A model generated the notes under the pieces. That model saw only the letters and a list, made by a program, of their open reading frames with translations, ran no database searches and was not told the origin of the DNA. Below are positions 9,714-18,969 of a DNA stretch of 64,000 nucleotides, piece by piece; position 1 is the first letter of the stretch, and every line of letters begins with the position of its first letter. The DNA lies in the IMG/VR virus record IMGVR_UViG_2891407665_000020. One strand, written 5' to 3'. The DNA comes from an uncultured virus (IMG/VR IMGVR_UViG_2891407665_000020) (lineage: Duplodnaviria > Heunggongvirae > Uroviricota > Caudoviricetes). The position numbers were made by a program, and so were the translations under genes.

Positions 9714-11519
9714 ATGGATTATAATGAGTGTAAAAAGGAGCTGGACGCCACCAGGCGAGAGCATAGCAGGCTGCAGAATGAGTTAAGGTCAGTGACTGCC
9801 GAGCTGGAAATGATAACTTCCGAGAGCGCTAAAGAGGAAGCTCGGTATAAAATACAGCTAAAAGAGGCAAAAGATATAGAGCTGCAGCGACATGTCGAAC
9901 ATTGCTGCAAAGTTTACAGAGATGCTGTGGCATCAGTGGATAGGAAAATAGATTCCTTGGGTAAACAGCATGAAGAGAACCTCTCTAAGATAACCGCGGA
10001 GAGCATCATTAGCACAGAATCCTCTGACAGGGAGTACTACCAGGAGATAAAAGGAACGTTAGAGGAACTCGCGGAGAATCTGTTAAAGACGCTTGGGTTA
10101 CGGTTCAAAGATGAATTAATGTCGCAGCTGGGTACGCAAAAGATAACATTGAAGCCGGAGGACCTGCCCTCTTTTATAGCATATTTTACTTCGTTAAACG
10201 CCGAGCTGTTTAAGAATGCGGATAAGAATGATCATAGTATCTCTGATTTGTTAAAGCAGACAACAAATGGGATTACACTGGAGCGGTTGAAAGAAAACCC
10301 TATCAATCTTATACTGGCCTTTCTCTTGCTCGCAATAGGCTCTGTCGTATTTGCTGAAATAGTGCTGCCATTTTATGTGATTGCACTTATGGTTTCCTTA
10401 ATTTTTAATTTAAGGAAACATTATAAGCTTTATAAAGCCATCCTTGTGATGAAGGCTGTGCAGGATAATATCGCAGCAATTGAAGATATGCTGCTGAAAC
10501 AGGCAGAAAAGAAGGCAAAAGCACGCCGTGAAAGGGAGGACAGGCTGTATAACAAATGCCTTAGGGAGTACCTCGATGAGAAAGACTCTGCAACAGCAAG
10601 GATGCATAGTGCAGAGGAAAAAGCTAAAGAAAGCTTCGTGTTTCATGGGGGTAACCTCGCAACCGCAAGAAAGGCAGATTTGGCAAGCTTGCAGAATAAA
10701 CTATACAGACTAAAACAGCAAAAAGAACGTCTAGAGTTCGATATCCAAAGAATGCTAAAACGCAGTATAGAGCAGGAGAAGACTCTTGCACGGATAGCCG
10801 GGGATATACCAAAAGAGTATCTGAATCCTGAAAAAGTTGGTTCAGACTTTATCTTTAATCCGAAATTTATTTTCGACGTCGAGCATAATAACCCAGAGTT
10901 CTTTATGCATCCCGAGGCTAGCTGTCTTTTCATTTACAAGGACTTTGATGATGTAGTTTCTTTCGTAAAACTGATTAACCTGCAGCTCCGCGTAAGGTTT
11001 AGCCCTTCAGCATTTACTTCGGATGTTTATGATAGGAAATACGGTGGCATTGCCTTCCAGCCTTTTATAGCGGATAGCTATAAGCATTTATTCCAGATTC
11101 ACGTAAATTCGGAAGAGTTTACGCAAGCATTTAAAGATGTGGATGAGTTAATCACCAAGCGAACGCGCTTGATACTCTCATCATCAGATGATATTAAAAG
11201 TTATAATTCATTAATGCTTTCCTCAGAATCAGTTCCGGAAAGCTATATGTTTAGTTTTCTCCTCGACCCGGAGCAGTCAGACGTGCAGAATGAGTCTTTC
11301 CTTCGTGCATACCGGGTAGGCGGGAAATTAGGAGTGTTCTTTCATGTCTTTGTACAAAAAGATGTGTTTTTTGAGTTTGGAGACAGTGCGCGTACACTTG
11401 CTAATGAAGCAGGAAAATGCTTCATTTTACAGAATGGGAAATATAACCAGCGTGCCAAAAACTATGTCATGGAGACCATGATAAAAGACAATAATCGTAC
11501 TTCTTTACCTACATTATAA
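9714..11519 (+). CDS. Membrane-anchored coiled-coil protein with a C-terminal degenerate FtsK-like domain
   Basis: Coiled coil, TM hairpin (about aa 198-232), coiled coil. ITKRTRLI...IKSYN...PESYMFSFLLD...GGKLGVFF echoes the FtsK/EssC core (RR...I..YN...P..v.iiDE...GR..Gihl), but there is no Walker A. Confidence 0.55.
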   Translation: MDYNECKKELDATRREHSRLQNELRSVTAELEMITSESAKEEARYKIQLKEAKDIELQRHVEHCCKVYRDAVASVDRKIDSLGKQHEENLSKITAESIISTESSDREYYQEIKGTLEELAENLLKTLGLRFKDELMSQLGTQKITLKPEDLPSFIAYFTSLNAELFKNADKNDHSISDLLKQTTNGITLERLKENPINLILAFLLLAIGSVVFAEIVLPFYVIALMVSLIFNLRKHYKLYKAILVMKAVQDNIAAIEDMLLKQAEKKAKARREREDRLYNKCLREYLDEKDSATARMHSAEEKAKESFVFHGGNLATARKADLASLQNKLYRLKQQKERLEFDIQRMLKRSIEQEKTLARIAGDIPKEYLNPEKVGSDFIFNPKFIFDVEHNNPEFFMHPEASCLFIYKDFDDVVSFVKLINLQLRVRFSPSAFTSDVYDRKYGGIAFQPFIADSYKHLFQIHVNSEEFTQAFKDVDELITKRTRLILSSSDDIKSYNSLMLSSESVPESYMFSFLLDPEQSDVQNESFLRAYRVGGKLGVFFHVFVQKDVFFEFGDSARTLANEAGKCFILQNGKYNQRAKNYVMETMIKDNNRTSLPTL

Positions 11520-11628
11520 TACGCAAAACTAAGACCATAAACAAAATTGCTGGAAAGCAATAAAAACAATCCCCTTTAACGTTATAAAGATTCCTATACA
11601 AAGATAATAGAAGAAAGGGGGCGTTATT

Positions 11629-11898
11629 ATGGCAGCTTCTGTTTTTAATGAAGAGTGCACACAGGCTATCAAGAATGCTATTGATTCTTGTGAAGAGTTA
11701 ATCCCGAACCTTAAAAAAGGCGTTGCAAACTGTGCTGATATTTGCAAGGAGTCTGGTGCGGTTGAACTCGCGAAAACTGCGGATGGAGTTTCGGATGGTG
11801 TGGATAACCTGATTAGCACGATGGGTGAGCTTATTCAGACACTCACCACTCTTCTTCAGTATTATCAGAAAGTGCAGCGTGCAATGGGCAACGCATAA
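11629..11898 (+). CDS. Small helical-hairpin protein, WXG100-like
   Basis: 89 aa, two amphipathic helices around a central ESG turn, located between FtsK-like genes. No literal W-x-G. Confidence 0.5.
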   Translation: MAASVFNEECTQAIKNAIDSCEELIPNLKKGVANCADICKESGAVELAKTADGVSDGVDNLISTMGELIQTLTTLLQYYQKVQRAMGNA

Positions 11899-11929
11899 GT
11901 AAAAACAGTTAGAACGGAGGTGTATTATA

Positions 11930-12265
11930 GTGGCTATTCAGCTTAATGAAGAAAGGCTCAATGAGTCTGTTGGAATCGTTAAGGGTTGTATGAACTCTAA
12001 CGTGCTGGATGTTATGCAGAACTTGTCAGCAGCGATTATGCCTGAGGCTGGTACAAACCAGTTAGTTGATCAGGCAATCGAAGACTGCCGTAAGTTCCAG
12101 AATCAGTTCAATGAAACTACGAAAGGGCTTCGTGATTTCATTACTGAGATGGGCAAAGTTCTGGATATTAAGGAATACCTGGATAAGCTCAGCATTGGAA
12201 CTGTTAGCAACAGGGACACGAGCATTGTGACAGGTAAGATTGATGCTGATGCTGTAATCCAGTAG
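11930..12265 (+). CDS. Small helical protein, WXG100-like
   Basis: 111 aa; MAIQLNEERL N-terminus resembles the EsxA-type MA.I.v.peel; central EAG turn; GGAGG RBS and GTG start. Confidence 0.5.
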   Translation: MAIQLNEERLNESVGIVKGCMNSNVLDVMQNLSAAIMPEAGTNQLVDQAIEDCRKFQNQFNETTKGLRDFITEMGKVLDIKEYLDKLSIGTVSNRDTSIVTGKIDADAVIQ

Positions 12266-12273
12266 AAGCGGGT

Positions 12274-12318
12274 AAGGAGGACGTTTGTTAAGAGAGCAGA
12301 CGTCCTCCTTTTGTTTTT
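12274..12318 (+). terminator. Rho-independent terminator after the small-protein pair
   Basis: AAGGAGGACGTTTGTT...AGCAGACGTCCTCCTT stem followed by TTGTTTTT. Confidence 0.85.
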
Positions 12319-12376
12319 CGTTATACCCGAAGACGATAGGGTGGCGGCATTAAGATTACAAGACTAGGAGGTTATT

Positions 12377-14893
12377 ATGTATTTATTAGTAAGAGACGGT
12401 ACTATAAATGGCGAAACGAAAAAAATAGTTTTCGGCATTTATGATGAGAGCAGCACAAATGTAACGAGCGCTTTATTGCTCAGATCCCGGGAACTTTTTA
12501 ACCATTATTCCGCTCGCATATACTTAAAGATTGCCGTCCTTGATGGCAGTGTGCCTGTTTTAACTACGACCGCTACGCAGTCATTAATTGCCTGCAGCGG
12601 GATTTACAACACCGTTAAGAAGCATATGCGTCCGGATGGCGGATTGGACGATAAAGTAGCACAGGCGATTGCAGCACAGCTTGAGAATGTGCTTTCTTCG
12701 CGCAATATTGCCAGAGATACAGCCGGGAAGCTTGCAAACACAATTGTGCAGTTTTCAGCAAGTGACCTGAGCACAAACGGGAAGCTGACTTTAGCGCAGC
12801 TAGACAACTTTAGCGTTGAGCAGCTCGACCCGGCAACAAGCAGGACTATACTGGATGAGTATATGTCACGTGATGCCGCACGTGGGACAGATACTATCTT
12901 TCAGCATACGTGCACTGACAAGCTGTATCTTCGTCTTCCGACAAACTCACAATTGGCAAGCGATGATTTCGAGCTTGAGGATTTGATACCAAAGCGTGAA
13001 GAGGTATGTATACCATACCAGAATAAGGCTGCGTACACCAGTGCATACAAGCAGCCTGGTTCTGGCGTGCCGCAGAGCATGTACCCATTGATAGAAGGGA
13101 ATGCACAAAATAATGAGCTTCCAATACAGGAAAACGAGCGGGAGTTTTATGAGAAGCTGGTGCAATGGATAAGGGGAAATATAGCGTCAGAGCTTGGTCC
13201 GGAAGCGCTGAATGCCGATGATAAGAATGTTGTATTGGATTCCACGACTGAACAGTTCTTCAATACTATGTACGCTATTATCTACAGCTGGCATTGGGGG
13301 CACAACCCAAATGTGCCGATGTATGACCCTGAAGATGATAATGATGAATTTTCTGAGAATGCTGATACTGGTGGAAGCAAGTATGTTTATAATGTGATGC
13401 CGGGTGAAGAGTATGACCTGTATGTTCCGGCATTTGTCCCATTGCAGCATTTTGTGCAGCAGGCGGCGATGGAACTTGGTTATAAGATATTCGCTGAGGC
13501 AGTAATAAAACTTTGCCGCTGGGGCACACGAAAACCTACTGCATTATTCTTTGATGGTTATCCTTTTATCTTCGATTTAGGGAAGGGGCTAACCGAGGCA
13601 TACGCAGGAAAAATTTCTGATTATACGCAATGTGTTGATGAAAATGACTGCAATATGATTCTTAAGGGAGTCATCATGTGCAACAGCCGCATTATTGACA
13701 CAAAATATATGCTTGATGCTGGGTACACTTACAACTCATTCCCCGTGCCTGTGGGTTTGACTTTTGCACAGGTTTATGTGAATCGGAAAAACCCAGAAAA
13801 GAAACTTCAGCTGGAGTTTTATTACTCCATGGTTGATGTTGTGAATCTTTTGTTTTCAGGTAAGGATGGTACAGATGTTTCCTTTAGACCAAAAGGGTTC
13901 TCCATTAAAGATGGGAAAATCCTTGCGCCTGAGATGGTGGCGCGTAAGGATACTATAGGAGCATTAAGCGAGAAGTATGCTAATGAGAAAGCAACTTCTA
14001 TAGCAAATCCATTTTACTGCAGCCCAGCCCTACAGGACTTGTTCATTGAATTAAATGCTTCCAATATGGCGAGGGAGCTCAACCAGTTTTCCATTATAGA
14101 TAACGGCGTCCAGACAGCGGAGTTGGCAGAATCTTTTGAGGACAATTCCTTTTCCACCTTAAATGAGCTTGCGGAAAAATTTGCCGACTGTATTATCCCC
14201 AGCCAGGAATCTGCTATCTCCTCAAATGTCTTTAGGATACTGCTGCCTATCCTGCTTGATGTCAATAACTGTTTTGCAGGTAAGTCTGATTACAGCTTAT
14301 CTGATATACTTAATTCTTATAAAGATGCAATGGTCCGGAATGGGTATGTAGACGAGGCAGCTTTTTATAGTGGCAGAAAGCAGAATGTTAAGCCATTCAG
14401 TGAGAGGCATGGATTTAGCCCGGCTATGACTGCAGGAGACCCTGTTGACAATAATGGGCAAGAGCAGACAAATGTATCCACGAAGAAGCAAGAGGAGCGC
14501 CAGACAGAAGTGGTTCAAGAGAGCAACGCCGCTACTACAAAACCATATTACAGTGGAAACCCGCTCGTCTCCGAGGTGGGCGAAACTCCTGTTGTAACAT
14601 CGGTTTACTGGCAGGAAAAGAAAAACAGAATCGGGTACTGCACACTGCGCAAAATACTGGTTGATGGCAAGCCAAGCACGGAAATCGTTTTACTTGGAAA
14701 AGATTACCCGGAGCGCTATAGCGGCACGGAAGTTAAACGGTGCGCTAACTTTGCACAGTTAATTGCATACCTTCTAAATGACCTGCTGAGCCTGAGCAAA
14801 GGGGAAAACAGCTTTAGGGTTAAGGCTGAATCTGAAGAATGCTTGAAGTACTATGTAGACTTGTATGCAACATTAATCAAAAAGGAATCCTGA
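12377..14893 (+). CDS. Large hypothetical protein in the FtsK/WXG100-like locus
   Basis: 838-aa ORF, AGGAGG RBS, no TM segment or signal peptide. Confidence 0.85.
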   Translation: MYLLVRDGTINGETKKIVFGIYDESSTNVTSALLLRSRELFNHYSARIYLKIAVLDGSVPVLTTTATQSLIACSGIYNTVKKHMRPDGGLDDKVAQAIAAQLENVLSSRNIARDTAGKLANTIVQFSASDLSTNGKLTLAQLDNFSVEQLDPATSRTILDEYMSRDAARGTDTIFQHTCTDKLYLRLPTNSQLASDDFELEDLIPKREEVCIPYQNKAAYTSAYKQPGSGVPQSMYPLIEGNAQNNELPIQENEREFYEKLVQWIRGNIASELGPEALNADDKNVVLDSTTEQFFNTMYAIIYSWHWGHNPNVPMYDPEDDNDEFSENADTGGSKYVYNVMPGEEYDLYVPAFVPLQHFVQQAAMELGYKIFAEAVIKLCRWGTRKPTALFFDGYPFIFDLGKGLTEAYAGKISDYTQCVDENDCNMILKGVIMCNSRIIDTKYMLDAGYTYNSFPVPVGLTFAQVYVNRKNPEKKLQLEFYYSMVDVVNLLFSGKDGTDVSFRPKGFSIKDGKILAPEMVARKDTIGALSEKYANEKATSIANPFYCSPALQDLFIELNASNMARELNQFSIIDNGVQTAELAESFEDNSFSTLNELAEKFADCIIPSQESAISSNVFRILLPILLDVNNCFAGKSDYSLSDILNSYKDAMVRNGYVDEAAFYSGRKQNVKPFSERHGFSPAMTAGDPVDNNGQEQTNVSTKKQEERQTEVVQESNAATTKPYYSGNPLVSEVGETPVVTSVYWQEKKNRIGYCTLRKILVDGKPSTEIVLLGKDYPERYSGTEVKRCANFAQLIAYLLNDLLSLSKGENSFRVKAESEECLKYYVDLYATLIKKES

Positions 14894-14897
14894 TAGA

Positions 14898-17075
14898 ATG
14901 ATAAAAGTAGGGACAGATGATATTACAAAGCAGCACGCATTATACGTGGAATCATACAGGAATGGAAGTTCCGTTCCACTTTTATACGAGTCCTATACTG
15001 GGAAAACTCTTAAAACTCTTGCAGACAGTGTGGAATACCCGATGGATATAAAACTTCCAAAAGCACTTTCAGATATGCTCTATAATAAGGACTCCACTCC
15101 TGCTAGAATACTGCGCATAGAGAGGCAGCCTGTAAGGAGGCGCATCAGTAAGGACGGGGAACCTACTGATGAGTTTATTCCGGTATGGTTTGGCTCTACT
15201 GCAAATGGTGTAAACTTACGCTTCGGGTATAAGAACGGTGACAGCCGTTATTTATCAACCCATGCTTTATATGACAGGAGCGTACATGCCTTTCTGGGAG
15301 GGGCTACCGGGCAGGGGAAATCTGTTACATTGAATAATTTGATTTTTAATATGTGCGAAGAATACCCGCCATGGGAATTGGAGTTAGTGTTGATTGACCC
15401 AAAGATTGTGGAGTTTAAGGCGTACGCGCTGACTTCACCATTGCCCCATATACGCACGATAGGTGCCACTTCGGATTCAGATTATGTTATTTCCGCACTA
15501 GCGGCGCTCAGGGATGAGATGGATTCAAGGTCAAAGCTATTTGCACTGTTTGGCACAAAGAATATTAAAGAATTCCGGAAAGCCACAGGTTTAGCAATAC
15601 CAAGGAATGTAATCGTAATGGACGAGGTGCAGACCACCTTTAAAAATGCCGGGAAAAGGAGCAGGGAACTTATTGCGTTACTGGATGACTTTGCCAGGCT
15701 TGGACGTTCCTCAGGATACCACCTGCTTATGGCAAGCCAGGAGGTTAGCTCTGATATACCATCTGATACGCTTGCCAATATACAGATAAGAGGGGCGCTC
15801 GGGTGTACAGCGCCTGTCAGCGAGAAGATTATCGGCAATGACGAGGCCAGTATTTATTATGGGAAAGCTCCCGGGAATATGCTGGTAAACACGAATGCAT
15901 CACAAGGTCAAAAAGCAGACAATACCCTGTATAAGGTGCCATACTTAAGCACTGAGGTGCAGATTTCTGTGAGTAAGGAAGAGATGCGCTTGTCTAAAGA
16001 GGTAAACTTCCGGAATCCCTTAAACTTTTATGATGAGGAAGACCTTATTACCTTTAGCAGATACCCGGGGTATTTAGAGAAATTCCCATGCAATCCAAAT
16101 AGGGTATACTTAGGGGAGCCTTCTTTTGTCACAAAAAGCCCGGATAAGGTGCTTTACCTTGAGTTCACGTCTAAGGAATTAGAGAATATTCTGTGCATGT
16201 CTTATAACTCAAAGAACAGCTTACGGACTTTCCTTATGCTGAAAGAGAATTTGTTACGGTATAAAGGGTCTTATCTGCATAATGTGCTGTGTGCCGATAG
16301 CTCTTTCGAAGAGACTGGGAATGCGAGCGAGTTAGCAAATTCAAATAATTTTTACACGGATAAAACCTATTTGAACAATAACTTCTTCTCTATAACAGAA
16401 AGCGTTATCCGGCGCAGGAAAATGTTGATTAAGATAGACAGTTCTGTATTTGCGGACCCGAAGACCCATGAGCTGACGGACGAGTTATTCTACAAACTCG
16501 TCGAGCATGGCAGCGAGCTTGATACAAAAACAAACAGGAGCCGCTGTTTCTATTTATTTGCCTTGCTCTCTGAGAATGAGGAATACCAGGCTATGTTTAA
16601 CCCACAAAAGCGCTCCCCCGGAAGTGAAGAGTTTACAGATTTGTTCGCAAAACTACTTAATATTTTGTTGCAGATGTATAAGTGCTATGGGTGCCTTGAC
16701 AAGATGTTGACAGTTTCCTGCTTGCCTGCAATCTTTAATTGGATTCTCGGTATAGATAAGGTCATCGGACTTGGGCGTGATACCAAACAGCGTTATATTG
16801 AGACTCTAAAAAAGTGTATGTTTGATGCAAGCACGGTAAACGTGAGATATGTTATCTTTACGCGTGACCTATCTGAGATAAGAGAGCTTGTCAAGGCAAC
16901 CAGATGGGCGCTCTTTGAAGAGCTGATTTCAGGCGACCAAAGGGCTATCCTAGGTGACAGCAATTACCCGCCCGTGCACAATAACAGGCTTGCCATGGTT
17001 GTGGATATGACGCAGAAATCGGACAATATGTGCCTTAAATACAAAAAGACTCTTTTCGATGATGAGATAGTCTAA
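14898..17075 (+). CDS. FtsK/SpoIIIE-family ATPase (EssC/EccC-like, soluble) with a second degenerate ATPase domain
   Basis: HAFLGGATGQGKS Walker A, LIDPKIVEF, EMDSR, VIVMDE Walker B, ARLGRSSGYHLLMASQ. After VYLGEP there is a second RecA-like region without a P-loop. Confidence 0.9.
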   Translation: MIKVGTDDITKQHALYVESYRNGSSVPLLYESYTGKTLKTLADSVEYPMDIKLPKALSDMLYNKDSTPARILRIERQPVRRRISKDGEPTDEFIPVWFGSTANGVNLRFGYKNGDSRYLSTHALYDRSVHAFLGGATGQGKSVTLNNLIFNMCEEYPPWELELVLIDPKIVEFKAYALTSPLPHIRTIGATSDSDYVISALAALRDEMDSRSKLFALFGTKNIKEFRKATGLAIPRNVIVMDEVQTTFKNAGKRSRELIALLDDFARLGRSSGYHLLMASQEVSSDIPSDTLANIQIRGALGCTAPVSEKIIGNDEASIYYGKAPGNMLVNTNASQGQKADNTLYKVPYLSTEVQISVSKEEMRLSKEVNFRNPLNFYDEEDLITFSRYPGYLEKFPCNPNRVYLGEPSFVTKSPDKVLYLEFTSKELENILCMSYNSKNSLRTFLMLKENLLRYKGSYLHNVLCADSSFEETGNASELANSNNFYTDKTYLNNNFFSITESVIRRRKMLIKIDSSVFADPKTHELTDELFYKLVEHGSELDTKTNRSRCFYLFALLSENEEYQAMFNPQKRSPGSEEFTDLFAKLLNILLQMYKCYGCLDKMLTVSCLPAIFNWILGIDKVIGLGRDTKQRYIETLKKCMFDASTVNVRYVIFTRDLSEIRELVKATRWALFEELISGDQRAILGDSNYPPVHNNRLAMVVDMTQKSDNMCLKYKKTLFDDEIV

Positions 17076-17098
17076 GGAGTGCAGGGAAGGAGGATGAT

Positions 17099-18883
17099 AT
17101 GCTAACCTTTAGCAAGAACAGGGATATTGTTAATACAGAGGAGTACGAAAACAACCTGAGGTGCAATGGTTATATTATGTGCTGCAGTGACGAAATGGAG
17201 TTGCAGCACTTGTATGATGCCGCACTACGGGACAGCATGTATGTTTATGCCGTGGATATTATGAAAAGGCTCAGTGGTTATTCTTATAATGGTATTTCAC
17301 GGAACACCCTTTATAATTATCTGACTAAGGTTGAAGGATGCCCGGACAGGTATTTCTACAAGAAGGGCGTCAAAGGGACAAGCCTCGATATGAAAAAGGT
17401 CTTACAGCCCCTGTATGATAACGGGTATGCTAAAGAGTTCCTCGAGGCTTATATGGAATACACTTCCTGCTCCTCAAAGTGTTCCGCTATCGCATCAATT
17501 ATCAGAGGCATACAGGATTCAGGGCTTTCAAATCGTAATGGCAGCCGGCTTGGCAAGCTTGCATATACAGTCAACCAGCAGACGAATTTACGTTATAATT
17601 ACAGGAATTATGATATTATTTCACAGATACCTAAGGATTATGCAAAATTTATTTCAGTTGAGGAAGGGTACTTTTTAGCATGGGGTGATTTCGCGCAGGC
17701 AGACTTACGCATAGCTTACAATCTGCTGCTCCGGAATGAGGAGAACTATGGTTTAATGGCTAGCGTTACTGATAAATACGAAGGTATTGCAAGGCTTGTG
17801 GCAGATGCAAATAATGAGCCTTTTGATTATGAAAAGTTTAAAGCTGAGCGGAACTTATACAAGGTTTATGTGCTGGAGACTCTGTATGGGACACGGGTGG
17901 CAGCAACAAAGGAAGAAAGTAACTTTGTTAAAAAGCTACACAGATACCTAGGGACTTGCCGCAAATACAATGATTATTTGCAGCGCATCGCGGACAGGCA
18001 GATGCTGAACTTGCCTATCGTAACAAAAGGCTTCTTTGGTTATGAACAGGCTGTCCCCTCCTATAAGACCAGTGCTGAGGATATAAAGAATTTTTCCTTA
18101 AACAGCCCTATACAAACAGGCACGTCTGAAGTGATGATTTTAACCGTTAATAAGATTATCAAAATGTTAAGGACGCTCGGGTATGGTGAGGAGGATGCCA
18201 GTGTTTATATGGCAAGGCACGACGAGGTAGTATTTAAGTGTAAAAACACTGTATTGAAGGATGCATGGGTTTTTAAGGAAGCTTCTATCGTGCAGGTTGA
18301 TGACTGGATACCAATGCAGCTGGACTTTAGCTTTGGGTACAACTACTGTGTCCCTGACAGCGAATTGGAAAAGATTGTTCATATGAACTATAAGGAGAAT
18401 GATTACCGGATTACTTACAGCGAGCCACAGAATGTTGGGGTTTCAGAAAAGTATTTCCCAATCGCTGAGGTAATTAGGCTGACATACCATTTATCAGCCG
18501 TTGGCGCTAATACCATACTTACAATAGTTAACCTTCCCCTAAAGGCATATAGCGTTTATGTAATTCACGGGACTGCTGAGGAAGTTATAAAGAAATCAGT
18601 CGTCGGCAGAATCAATGAGATAGTACAGTCATTTCCTGAGGATGATTATCAAGGGACTCTTGTAGAGGGGAATGTTATAAATGGCGGGTTATACGAGAAT
18701 GGCAAGTTGATAAAATTTTTAAAGGTATCAAATGCATCTCTGTACTCTGCGCAATGCATAAGTGAATTTTATGCAAATAATTATGCAAAGGGTCATAGCA
18801 TGGATGCCCCCTACAGTGACCGCTCGTCAGAAATGCACCAATTCAAGGAGTACCGCCAGCTCAGTGCACTATTCAGTTCATAG
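17099..18883 (+). CDS. polA: Family A DNA polymerase (polymerase domain only, with C-terminal extension)
   Basis: Motif A WGDFAQADLRI, motif B RNLYKVYVLETLYG, NSPIQTG, motif C MARHDEVVF. No N-terminal exonuclease domains recognised. Confidence 0.88.
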   Translation: MLTFSKNRDIVNTEEYENNLRCNGYIMCCSDEMELQHLYDAALRDSMYVYAVDIMKRLSGYSYNGISRNTLYNYLTKVEGCPDRYFYKKGVKGTSLDMKKVLQPLYDNGYAKEFLEAYMEYTSCSSKCSAIASIIRGIQDSGLSNRNGSRLGKLAYTVNQQTNLRYNYRNYDIISQIPKDYAKFISVEEGYFLAWGDFAQADLRIAYNLLLRNEENYGLMASVTDKYEGIARLVADANNEPFDYEKFKAERNLYKVYVLETLYGTRVAATKEESNFVKKLHRYLGTCRKYNDYLQRIADRQMLNLPIVTKGFFGYEQAVPSYKTSAEDIKNFSLNSPIQTGTSEVMILTVNKIIKMLRTLGYGEEDASVYMARHDEVVFKCKNTVLKDAWVFKEASIVQVDDWIPMQLDFSFGYNYCVPDSELEKIVHMNYKENDYRITYSEPQNVGVSEKYFPIAEVIRLTYHLSAVGANTILTIVNLPLKAYSVYVIHGTAEEVIKKSVVGRINEIVQSFPEDDYQGTLVEGNVINGGLYENGKLIKFLKVSNASLYSAQCISEFYANNYAKGHSMDAPYSDRSSEMHQFKEYRQLSALFSS

Positions 18884-18884
18884 C

Positions 18885-18945
18885 AAATACTGCGTATTGC
18901 TGCAATACGCAGTATTTTTTAATTGGGAAAATCCCCCCAATTAAA
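18885..18945 (+). terminator. Long perfect inverted repeat with U-tract, plus a second hairpin
   Basis: AAATACTGCGTATTGC-t-GCAATACGCAGTATTT then TTT; followed by TTTAATTGGG...CCCAATTAAA. Confidence 0.75.
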
Positions 18946-18969
18946 ACAGATAGAATGGGAGTGATACAA

